From a virus, in the IMG/VR virus record IMGVR_UViG_3300037467_002824, positions 1 through 64,000 of that record: a stretch of DNA of 64,000 nt; one strand, given 5' to 3'. The position numbers and the translations under genes are program-made. This document shows, piece after piece, positions 40,757-48,387 of the stretch; positions within the stretch are counted from its first letter, which is position 1; the number at the start of each line of letters is the position of its first letter. A model generated the notes under the pieces. The model ran no database searches. It was not told the origin of the DNA and worked only from the letters and a program-made list of their open reading frames with translations.

Positions 40757-41929
40757 ATGACGCGACGGGAACAAGAGGCACGCCGGAAGGCGTGGGCCCT
40801 GTACCGCGAAGGAAAAGGCCCCAAGCCAAAGCCGCGTCCGGCCTACCCCAGCGAGCTGAAGAAGCGCGCTCAGACGGGAAAGGCCAAGAAGAGTCCGGTA
40901 CGTATCGAGTACGTCGACCCGGTCGACAAAGAGGTCGAGCGTCGCAACTCGCTCTACTACAAGAACGAGCACGCGAAGATCGTCGAGATGCTCCGCGTCG
41001 AACGCGAACGCAACGCGTTCCTCGGCGCGCTCCGACGCGACAAGTCGACTCCCAAGATCATTCGCTGCGAGAAGTCGAGCGGCCTGCGAGAGATGACGGC
41101 AGTCTCGATGGCCTCCGACTGGCACGTCGAAGAGACGGTCCCCGCGGTGAAGGCAGGCTTCCGCAACGAATACAACATGTCGATTGCGGAACAGTCGATC
41201 AATCGATTCTTCCAAGCACAGATCGATCTCGTTCGACACCACCGCGCATCGAAGCAGGTCGTGATCCGCGACATGGTTTGCGCCTTCACAGGCGATTTGA
41301 TGTCAGGTTACATCCACCAAGAACTCCGTGAAACGAATGCGCTTTCGCCGACGATGACAGCGATCTGGCTGCGCCGGCGCATCCGCAACGGACTCATCAC
41401 ACTGCTCGACGCGCTCGATCTGCGGAACCTGCTGATCCCGTGGAGTTACGGAAACCACGGAAGAACGACCCCGCAGACGCAGATCTCTACCGGTGCCGAA
41501 AACAGCTACGAGCACATGCTCGGGTTGATGCTGGAAGACGACTTCCGTGACGACCCGCGCGTGAAGTTCGACACCTCGCCGACCGCTCACCAGTACGCAG
41601 AGGTCTACGACTTCACGCTGCACTTCCATCACGGCGACTCGCTCAAGTACGCCGGCGGCGTGGGCGGTCTCGGCATCCCGCTCCTCAAGGCCGTTCCGGC
41701 CTGGGACGAGATCCGCTACGCGCACTATCACCACATCGGCCACTTCCACCAGCTCCGCGACTACGGCCGCGCGATGGTGAACGGAAGCATGATCGGCTTC
41801 GGGCCGTACTCGCACTGGATCAAGGCCAGCTTCGAGGCACCTCAGCAGCTCTTCTACTTGCTCGATTCGAAGCGCGGCAAGTGTCACGTCACCCCGCTGT
41901 GGGTCCGTGAGGAACGGGAGAAGGCCTGA
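40757..41929 (+). CDS. Calcineurin-like metallophosphoesterase
   Basis: 390 aa from ATG 40757. Motifs SDWH, GDLMSG, GNHG, HFHHGD and GHFH occur in canonical order. A basic Lys/Arg/Pro-rich N-terminus precedes them. The gene is preceded by an 8-codon leader ORF (40734-40760). Confidence 0.7.
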   Translation: MTRREQEARRKAWALYREGKGPKPKPRPAYPSELKKRAQTGKAKKSPVRIEYVDPVDKEVERRNSLYYKNEHAKIVEMLRVERERNAFLGALRRDKSTPKIIRCEKSSGLREMTAVSMASDWHVEETVPAVKAGFRNEYNMSIAEQSINRFFQAQIDLVRHHRASKQVVIRDMVCAFTGDLMSGYIHQELRETNALSPTMTAIWLRRRIRNGLITLLDALDLRNLLIPWSYGNHGRTTPQTQISTGAENSYEHMLGLMLEDDFRDDPRVKFDTSPTAHQYAEVYDFTLHFHHGDSLKYAGGVGGLGIPLLKAVPAWDEIRYAHYHHIGHFHQLRDYGRAMVNGSMIGFGPYSHWIKASFEAPQQLFYLLDSKRGKCHVTPLWVREEREKA

Positions 41930-42492
41930 TGACTGCGATCGTTGCCGTCGAGACGCGAGGTGGAGCCTGGATCGGTTGCGACTCGTTCTGCGGGGACGAT
42001 CGCTTCAGAGACCTCTACGACCGACCGAAGTGGTCGGTCCACGCCAACGGCACGATCGTCATCGCAACCTCGGGCAACGTCCGCCCGGGTCAGATCGCCG
42101 AGTCCACGAAGGTCGGAGGGGCGCGTCGATCGCGCGAGACGGACGTGGCTTACGTCATCCGTACGATCGTCGAGCCGGTCCGGAAAGCCCACATCGACGC
42201 CGGCGTGATCGCGAACGACGGCCGCGGGGACGAGGGGCACATGCCGCACATGAACGCGGTGATCGTAGCCCTCGGCAAGGTCTGGATGATGGACGAAGAG
42301 TACGGGGTGTGGCGGTCATTGCGCCGTGTCGCAGCGGCCGGCGCCGGCGCTGAACACGCGCAGCTTTCGCTCGCTTCGAACACGAAGATGAACGCCAAGG
42401 CGCGCGTCGAGGCCGCGCTCCATGCGGCAGCGGACCACAACAACCTGGTGTGCGGTCCGTTCTACACGCTCTGGGTGCCTACGAAGAAGTAG
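41929..42492 (+). CDS. Ntn-hydrolase / HslV-proteasome-like protein
   Basis: 187 aa. ATGA overlap with the upstream gene. The N-terminus MTAIVAVETRGGAWIGCDS parallels the Thr1 start TTIV.V..G.V..GD of HslV/proteasome beta subunits. Confidence 0.4.
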   Translation: MTAIVAVETRGGAWIGCDSFCGDDRFRDLYDRPKWSVHANGTIVIATSGNVRPGQIAESTKVGGARRSRETDVAYVIRTIVEPVRKAHIDAGVIANDGRGDEGHMPHMNAVIVALGKVWMMDEEYGVWRSLRRVAAAGAGAEHAQLSLASNTKMNAKARVEAALHAAADHNNLVCGPFYTLWVPTKK

Positions 42493-42497
42493 ACCGT

Positions 42498-43286
42498 TTA
42501 CAACTTTCGTGCGTTATGAAGGGTAACGTACCAGAGGCCGCTTTCGTTACCCGAGAGGCCGTCGTCGCGCTGCACTGCGAGGTGCCGCATCTTCCTCCCA
42601 AGGAGATGATCGGCCACCTCTACCACCGTTCCGGTGACGTCTCCAACGTTCTTCCAACCTGGAAGGTTGGCCCTGAAGATAACCCTATCTCCCGGGCGAA
42701 AACCTGCCTTTTCGTGCCGTGCACGCTCCCGGGGAGAGAACACAGACTTCTTCCGCGTGAAGCGCTTCACGAGGTCCATCGCGCTCGACTTGATGAGCGA
42801 CGGGGGCGGCGGATCGAACTCCGTGGCGAGCCAGGGGAGGTCGTCCCGTGAGAGTTCCCGCGAGATGCTGTATGACACGTAGGCCTGGTCGTTAACCAGG
42901 TTGCTCCCCGCGCTGACCGTCATCGAGGTGTCCTGCATGTTGCAGTTCTCGTAGTAAGTCGCGCGAATCACCTGGCGATCCTTCGAGCGAAGAAGGACCA
43001 GAAGACCGAATTGCGCTTGCGTCGTGCCTGCCATCAAAGCGCGCTTCAGGGAGCGGCCGTTGATCGCCGGCCGCAGGAACGAGATCCCGCGCGAGTCGAC
43101 GTTCATCGCCGAAAGCATCCCGATGGCGAGCATGCCGCGGTCATTCACGGGATCGATCTGCGCCGCTTCTTCCACGGTCGCCGGACCGCTGAGGATCATC
43201 ACGTCATCGGGATGCGCCGCGTCGTAGGTCGAGATACCGGAAGGGGGAATCGGATCGAAATTCCAATCGTTCATGTACTGCCTCAC
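42498..43286 (-). CDS. Tube-like paralogue with C-terminal SH3/Tudor-like extension
   Basis: 262 aa. The N-terminal ~165 aa align with 11552..12331 (WNF, YDAAHPDD, LSGPA, LAIGM, NGRSLKRAL, RSK, Y.E.C). The basic C-terminal ~95 aa include GDRVIFRANLPGW..VTGTVVEV. Confidence 0.5.
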   Translation of the reverse strand: MRQYMNDWNFDPIPPSGISTYDAAHPDDVMILSGPATVEEAAQIDPVNDRGMLAIGMLSAMNVDSRGISFLRPAINGRSLKRALMAGTTQAQFGLLVLLRSKDRQVIRATYYENCNMQDTSMTVSAGSNLVNDQAYVSYSISRELSRDDLPWLATEFDPPPPSLIKSSAMDLVKRFTRKKSVFSPRERARHEKAGFRPGDRVIFRANLPGWKNVGDVTGTVVEVADHLLGRKMRHLAVQRDDGLSGNESGLWYVTLHNARKL

Positions 43287-43675
43287 GTGTGGTCGTGTTC
43301 GCAGTGCATCTTACCGTGCTCGCAGCACTCTTCACAAGATTCCAGGCCGTGTTCGCAGACGTCGTGGTCGGCGACCTTCGGCTCCGGCGGCTTGCTCTTC
43401 GCCTCGTGCTCTGCCTTGAAGCGCGCCAGGAGAGACTTGTGGTAACGATCCGCGTAGTCGCGAGCCTTCGCCACGTAATCCGGCTCCACGTCAGCTCGCT
43501 TCTGAGCGTACTCCCGCCCCTTCGCTCCGAAGCGCGCCGGCTGCCCGTCCTTCACGTCGTGATGGAGCGGACGCTCTACCGGAACGCCGGGTCTTTCCAC
43601 CCGCATTCCTGCGTCGTCCAGAGCGAGCTTCACGCCCTGTTCATAAGCCATCCGGAAGAGGGTGGTTGCGTCCAT
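43283..43675 (-). CDS. AY..G-leader protein with Cys/His metal-binding tail
   Basis: 130 aa. Leader MDATTLFRMAYEQGVKLALDDAG. C-terminal HDVCEHGLESCEECCEHGKMHCEHDH. TATCAT box 7 nt upstream of the ATG. Confidence 0.5.
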   Translation of the reverse strand: MDATTLFRMAYEQGVKLALDDAGMRVERPGVPVERPLHHDVKDGQPARFGAKGREYAQKRADVEPDYVAKARDYADRYHKSLLARFKAEHEAKSKPPEPKVADHDVCEHGLESCEECCEHGKMHCEHDHT

Positions 43676-43680
43676 ACCCG

Positions 43681-43695
43681 CAATGATAGCCGGCC
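43681..43695 (-). promoter_or_regulatory. Conserved 15-mer GGCCGGCTATCATTG with a -10-like box
   Basis: Minus-strand copy of the 28775-28789 element. TATCAT lies 7 nt upstream of ATG 43675. Confidence 0.35.
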
Positions 43696-43697
43696 GG

Positions 43698-45173
43698 CTA
43701 TGCGCTGCGGGCGAAGTCGTAGTGCTGACGGTCGACGCGGAGGTAGGACTTCAGGAAGGGGCAGTCATCCAGGACTTCGTCGGCGAGTTCCTGAGCGATC
43801 TTGCGGTAGGAGGGGTGGCCCTCCTTCTTCGAGCGCAGCTCGATGATGTGGAACAATTCCCGAAGGTTGGCCCGCAGGACGTACCGCACGTTGTAGGCGA
43901 GCGGGACGACGTACTGGGCTTCCCACGGCGAGACGTTCGCTAGGGCGGTCCAGACCGGCCGAACGGCTTCGAGCGCTTCCTGCATCTCGGCGTAGAGCCC
44001 GAGTTCATTGAGGAACGGGTCGATCGCGTAGTCCTCGTTGCAGGTGAGGAGCGGGTTCGTCTGGCTGACCATGCGATGGCGCTGAAGATCTCGCCACGCG
44101 CCGTAGTCACAGACGATCTCGAACTTCCAGGAGAGGTCCTCGAACGGCCGACCCGGGAGTTCGAACGGACCACGATCCTTGAGATACGCATCCAGAATCG
44201 GGCGAGCGTCCTTTTCGAGAGAGGTGCGGAACCTCGCCTCGGCGTGCTCCAACTCCGGACGCGCCTCCAGAAGGATCATGGACGCCAGCTTCCATAGGGC
44301 GTTCTGCGGGGCCTCCAGCTTCCTCACAGCGCGCCGCGCCTGGTTGATCGAGGGTTCGGGCCATCGGTCTTTGTCGATCGCCCGGATGAGCCCCAGGGTG
44401 GCCGGGAAGGACCGAGACGGCTCGACGTACTTGAGGAGGGTCGGCATCTCCGTCCGAGTCTCCTCCGCCATCGTGGCGCCGAGGACGCGTACCTCGTTCA
44501 GCGGGTGCCCGAGCATCTTCGAAAAGTGATGCTCGGCCCCTGTCCCGTTAAGGGTGACACCCAGGTTCGTAAGTGTCCCTGCGGGAAGGACACCGCGCAC
44601 CAGATCGAAAGCCTTCGTCTGGCACTGCTTGTCAGTCGCCGCCGGCTTGAGCTTCTTGAGCACCTTGGCCGCCTTCTTGGTGAGGGCGGAGTACGTCTTC
44701 AAGAGCTGGGTGGCGGCCTGCCGGTACTGTTCGAGCAACGCCGGCGGCAGGTTCGGGCTTCGAAAGAAGCTGTCGTCCTTGAATTCTACGTACCGCGTCG
44801 ACTTCTCGGTGTAGCTGCCCAGGCGCGAGTCTTCGATCGCCTTCGCTGCAAGGATCGAGCAATTCTCCACCGCCAGACGAACTTTGGCGTGTTCCGCGAC
44901 ACTCTTGTGGCCATAGCCGACCACGTACTTTTCATGGAACGCGCGAGCTTTGTCGCGCGCCAGCTGGAGATCTCCTCCATCAAAAGATCCCACGTGCACA
45001 GGGCGCAGAACCGCAAGATCTTGATCGGCCAGGAGCTTTTCGAGGTTCGTGCGGAGGTCATAGGGCGACCTGCTGTAGTAGGCGAACAGGACTGCTGCGA
45101 CTTCTTCAGGAAGATTACGCAACACGAAGACGTCCTGATCGAGATTCGAGACGAAAGGCTGAACCGGGTTCAT
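43698..45173 (-). CDS. thyX: FAD-dependent thymidylate synthase ThyX, tandem-domain form
   Basis: 491 aa from ATG 45173 (MNPVQPF; ATGA overlap). N-half: GHKSVAEH and SYTEKSTRY, but DSR in place of RHR. C-half: DLQRHRMVSQ and ANLRELFHIIELRS..HPSYRKIA (ThyX motif region). Confidence 0.75.
   Translation of the reverse strand: MNPVQPFVSNLDQDVFVLRNLPEEVAAVLFAYYSRSPYDLRTNLEKLLADQDLAVLRPVHVGSFDGGDLQLARDKARAFHEKYVVGYGHKSVAEHAKVRLAVENCSILAAKAIEDSRLGSYTEKSTRYVEFKDDSFFRSPNLPPALLEQYRQAATQLLKTYSALTKKAAKVLKKLKPAATDKQCQTKAFDLVRGVLPAGTLTNLGVTLNGTGAEHHFSKMLGHPLNEVRVLGATMAEETRTEMPTLLKYVEPSRSFPATLGLIRAIDKDRWPEPSINQARRAVRKLEAPQNALWKLASMILLEARPELEHAEARFRTSLEKDARPILDAYLKDRGPFELPGRPFEDLSWKFEIVCDYGAWRDLQRHRMVSQTNPLLTCNEDYAIDPFLNELGLYAEMQEALEAVRPVWTALANVSPWEAQYVVPLAYNVRYVLRANLRELFHIIELRSKKEGHPSYRKIAQELADEVLDDCPFLKSYLRVDRQHYDFARSA
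45160..45172. repeat. Palindrome TGAACCGGGTTCA on the HD-hydrolase/ThyX junction
   Basis: Perfect 13-nt palindrome, identical to 36393-36405. On the coding strand it reads ATGAACCCGGTTCAG, containing both the stop of the upstream gene and the start of thyX. Confidence 0.8.
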
Positions 45174-45781
45174 TCCCACGTCCTCTTGCCGTCGACCTTG
45201 CGCGAGGTCCAGCGACGCAGCTTGTGGAAGAGCATCGTGTATTCGATGAACGCCCGTTCCTGTGTCCAGCGCTCGACTCGCAGGTCGCGGATGAACTCGT
45301 CGTGGGTGCACTTCACGGAGCCGTCCGGGAAAAGCACCGGGATCTCGTTACCCCAAATGACGCGGTCGAGCCGCTTCACTTCCGGATACTCGCCCGGCAC
45401 GCTCCAGATCTGGTAGATCAGATCCTGCGTAGCTTTCTCGGCCTGTCGGTACATCTCCATCTCCGGGCGCACCTTGATCGGCTTCGGTACGTCGGGGAGA
45501 AACCCTTCGCTGCCGTCATGGAGCATCGCGCAGAACGCTTCTTCAAGAAGCCCGCAGCGCATCAGCTCGCGCGCCAGATAGACCGAGTGCTGGGCCACCG
45601 AATAGTGGAAGATCCCCTGGCCCTGGTACCGGCAGCAGTTCGACAGCCCGAGGACCATGTCCTCCAGGTGAAGGTCTTCCTTCTTCGGGGCGAAGGGATC
45701 GAACTTCGATCCCGACTGGGTGCAGATCGTGAAATGCGGATGCGTACCCGGGCTGTGCCCGGCGCCATTCGGTTCGCTCAT
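45170..45781 (-). CDS. HD-domain phosphohydrolase (YfbR-like dNMP nucleotidase family)
   Basis: 203 aa from ATG 45781 (ATGA overlap with the tdk stop). CCRYQGQGIFHYSVAQHS and AMLHDGSEGFLPDVPKP match the HD-domain His...HD...D pattern. Confidence 0.55.
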   Translation of the reverse strand: MSEPNGAGHSPGTHPHFTICTQSGSKFDPFAPKKEDLHLEDMVLGLSNCCRYQGQGIFHYSVAQHSVYLARELMRCGLLEEAFCAMLHDGSEGFLPDVPKPIKVRPEMEMYRQAEKATQDLIYQIWSVPGEYPEVKRLDRVIWGNEIPVLFPDGSVKCTHDEFIRDLRVERWTQERAFIEYTMLFHKLRRWTSRKVDGKRTWE

Positions 45782-46329
45782 GTGGCCTCGCTGAAACAGG
45801 CGCGGCAGCGCGCTTCGTACTCGTCGACGTCTCCCACGACGATCTGTGCCGTGGACATGTTCGGTTTCGGGATTCGGTAGGTTCGGTTCGCCGCCGCGCG
45901 GCGGCACTTGAAGCACACCGCGGTGAGCTTCAAGACCTCATCAGCGATCGCCATGAGCTGCGGCATCAAGCCGAAGGGGCGTCCGCGAAAGTCCATGTCG
46001 AGGCCCGCGATCACGACGGTAACGCCGCGATCGACGAGCGATTGAATTTCGGTGAGAAACGAATTCTCCTGGAAGAACTGTGCTTCGTCCACAGCCACCA
46101 AGCTCACGTCGGGCGCGACGCAGTCGGTGAGATTCGATCCGGTCGGAACCGAATGGATGACCGTTTCCGGAAGCATCGTCGCCAGCGAGCGCGACGTTCT
46201 CGTATTGGTCCGAGGTTGAAAGAGCTGCGTGTTGTATCGGCCGAAGTGCGCCCTTCGAACACGGCGCACCAACTCTTCGGTCTTGCCCGAGAACATCGGG
46301 CCCGTGATCACTTCGATTCGACCGGACAT
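45778..46329 (-). CDS. tdk: Thymidine kinase
   Basis: 183 aa. P-loop GPMFSGKTEEL, VAVDEAQFF, GLDMDFRGRPFG, and zinc-ribbon lasso CFKC..-x-..CRAC. Confidence 0.9.
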   Translation of the reverse strand: MSGRIEVITGPMFSGKTEELVRRVRRAHFGRYNTQLFQPRTNTRTSRSLATMLPETVIHSVPTGSNLTDCVAPDVSLVAVDEAQFFQENSFLTEIQSLVDRGVTVVIAGLDMDFRGRPFGLMPQLMAIADEVLKLTAVCFKCRRAAANRTYRIPKPNMSTAQIVVGDVDEYEARCRACFSEAT

Positions 46330-46472
46330 TTCTTCTTGGCTTCCTTGATCTCGAACTCAATGTTCTTGAGAGCACCTTCGAGAGCCCGGACAGCCTGGTT
46401 CAAGCAGTCCAAACGCCCGTTTTCTTTCGTCGCGGCCAGCCGCGCGGAGCGCGCGTACTTGAGCGCCTCCAT
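46308..46472 (-). CDS. Hypothetical small helical protein
   Basis: 54 aa from ATG 46472. The track start 46532 would overlap the upstream gene by 41 nt. Lys/Glu-rich. The 3' end overlaps the tdk start by 22 nt. Confidence 0.3.
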   Translation of the reverse strand: MEALKYARSARLAATKENGRLDCLNQAVRALEGALKNIEFEIKEAKKKCPVESK

Positions 46473-46491
46473 CACCAGCTTCCGCCGAAGC

Positions 46492-46812
46492 TCAGTCGGT
46501 GGCGCGGCCATACCGGGGCTCGATCTCTGCATTGGGGTCTTGGACCTTCACGTCAGCGTCCGTCATGGTCGTGACGTACTTGTAACGGCTGTCGTAGCGC
46601 TTGAGGCCAGGGGCCGGATACTGCGAACGCTGCTTGTCCAACTTCGCGAGCGCGCGGTTGTGTCGCCCCACAATCTCCGCGTGAACCGGAATGTACCGGT
46701 AGGCGAACCACACACCGAGAGAGTGGTTGTGGCGCCACTGCGCATATCGCGCGCCGAACGTGAGAAGCCATCGATAGAAGTGAAGGATGAAGGCCGGGAT
46801 GAAACGCATCAC
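46492..46812 (-). CDS. Hypothetical membrane-associated protein
   Basis: 106 aa. GTGATGA start/stop overlap. N-terminal hydrophobic helix FIPAFILHFYRWLLTF. Confidence 0.4.
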   Translation of the reverse strand: MMRFIPAFILHFYRWLLTFGARYAQWRHNHSLGVWFAYRYIPVHAEIVGRHNRALAKLDKQRSQYPAPGLKRYDSRYKYVTTMTDADVKVQDPNAEIEPRYGRATD

Positions 46813-47168
46813 TCTTCCTCCCCGCCGCCGAGGTCAACGCCCTTCTCGTCACAGAGACGAAGGCAGAAGTCGATCTTCGCCTGCTGCGCCTTCTTGGCGT
46901 CGTTGTACGGGCCCATCAGGTCCTGGACGATGGCCTTCGCTCCATTGAGCTTGTCGTCGGCCTCCATCTCTTCCTTGATGCGCTTGATGTTGTTGTTCGA
47001 CTGGACGATCGCCTGCTTCAGCTCGTCCTCGCTCATCTTCTCCGCCTCTTCGGCGAAGCCGACCGGCAGCTTCTTCAGGACCGGGTCCTTCGCCTTGGCC
47101 TGTTCGGCCTTGCGGCGTTCCTTGGCTTCACGTTCGACGGTCTTCACTGCGCTGTGAACGATTCCCAT
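46809..47168 (-). CDS. Lys/Glu-rich coiled-coil protein
   Basis: 119 aa. KERRKAEQAKAKD..KRIKEEMEADDKL and an acidic tail GGGEEE. Confidence 0.5.
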   Translation of the reverse strand: MGIVHSAVKTVEREAKERRKAEQAKAKDPVLKKLPVGFAEEAEKMSEDELKQAIVQSNNNIKRIKEEMEADDKLNGAKAIVQDLMGPYNDAKKAQQAKIDFCLRLCDEKGVDLGGGEEE

Positions 47169-47174
47169 AGTGAC

Positions 47175-47525
47175 CTACTTGGTATTGGTGGCGGCCTTGA
47201 CGAAATTCATGACAGACTCGGTCTTGCCGAGTTGCCGGCCCATGCGTGTTACCGCTTCGGGCGCCATGTCGGTGAGATGCTTCAGCATCTCGTTTCGGGC
47301 TTCGATGATCGGGTTATAGATCTCCAATTCGAGGACTGGAGGCGTTCCGTCCTTAACCCGGTTCAGGCGTACCCCGATCGTACGCGGAAGCGAGTAGAAC
47401 TTCAACACGGTCTCCAGCGCAGCCTGGGCTTCTTCGGCCGTGGGCTTCTTGCCAGCGAAACGCTGGTTCATGGCGCGAGTCAGGTCGTGCTTGACCTTGC
47501 GGACTTCGGCGCGGCGGTTTTTCAT
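47175..47525 (-). CDS. Hypothetical protein
   Basis: 116 aa from ATG 47525 (ATGA overlap with the upstream stop). Basic N-terminus. Confidence 0.45.
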   Translation of the reverse strand: MKNRRAEVRKVKHDLTRAMNQRFAGKKPTAEEAQAALETVLKFYSLPRTIGVRLNRVKDGTPPVLELEIYNPIIEARNEMLKHLTDMAPEAVTRMGRQLGKTESVMNFVKAATNTK

Positions 47526-47761
47526 CGGCCTTCCAACGTGTAACCGACCCGCTGGGCCTTGCGGTCGAAACGGACCTCGGCGACTCGCCACGCCGAGTCT
47601 TTGGCGAGGTCGTTGACGGCCTTCATCGCCCCTCTCAATTCCGCTTCAGCGAGCCAGCAGACTTCGATGTCGTCCCAATGGTCCGATACGGCGTCGACCG
47701 TGCGGCGGACGGCGTTGTCCATTGCTTCTCGAATATCGTTCTCATGGATAGATGCGCACAT
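47522..47761 (-). CDS. Hypothetical small protein
   Basis: 79 aa from ATG 47761. The longer track start 47839 would overlap the upstream gene by 59 nt. Confidence 0.4.
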   Translation of the reverse strand: MCASIHENDIREAMDNAVRRTVDAVSDHWDDIEVCWLAEAELRGAMKAVNDLAKDSAWRVAEVRFDRKAQRVGYTLEGR

Positions 47762-47780
47762 CGCATCTAGCCTTCTACGC

Positions 47781-48026
47781 TTACGCGTAGCCTTGTGGCA
47801 AGTGCCTCTTGAGCAGTTTCTCGGCGAGAACGCGGTCAAGCGGACCGACCCCGAGCGTCTTCTCGTCGTGGTCGAGGTCGACGTAGAAAGCTTCCTTGAC
47901 GAGCGGGCCGAACTGTGCCTCCAACTCCATCCAGATGGCGACTTCCATCACGGATGGCGGCAGTTCCAATTCCAGCACGGGCTCGATCACCCGCGTGAGG
48001 ATCTCCTCCGCCTGTTCGTCAGTCAT
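47781..48026 (-). CDS. Hypothetical small acidic protein
   Basis: 81 aa from ATG 48026, 1 nt after the upstream stop. Confidence 0.4.
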   Translation of the reverse strand: MTDEQAEEILTRVIEPVLELELPPSVMEVAIWMELEAQFGPLVKEAFYVDLDHDEKTLGVGPLDRVLAEKLLKRHLPQGYA

Positions 48027-48027
48027 A

Positions 48028-48387
48028 CTACAAGGGTACGATTCCGCGCCCCTTGCACGTCTCACAGACGTAGGTATCCGTGTCGAGACCGTTGGACTCT
48101 CGGTACATACCCCGTCCTTTACAGGTTTTACAGGGTCGCCCAAGCGAATCAATCAACTGATCAGCAAGGCGCGGATCGTTGACCGTAAACTCCACGGTCA
48201 ACCGCCCGTCATCGCCCACGTGCTGAACCTTCAGCTCGAAAGACGGTTTCCGCCGGCGGTCGAAAAGCTCACCGAGCACCTTGGTGAGATGCTCGGTGAG
48301 TTCCTTCTGGTTGAGAGCCTTGCCCTCGAACTGCTCCAGGCTCTTGCGTACGTAGTCGGCAACCTCGGACTGGGACCGCGGTTTCAT
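48028..48387 (-). CDS. Protein with DnaJ-type CxxCxGxG zinc finger
   Basis: 119 aa from ATG 48387 (GGAGGGTGG RBS). C-terminal CKTCKGRG-x15-CETCKGRG. Confidence 0.55.
   Translation of the reverse strand: MKPRSQSEVADYVRKSLEQFEGKALNQKELTEHLTKVLGELFDRRRKPSFELKVQHVGDDGRLTVEFTVNDPRLADQLIDSLGRPCKTCKGRGMYRESNGLDTDTYVCETCKGRGIVPL

Noticed and set aside
44505-45880. Plus-strand ORFs 44505..45416 and 45224..45880
   Set aside because: They lie antisense to thyX and the HD hydrolase gene, both of which carry clear catalytic motifs.
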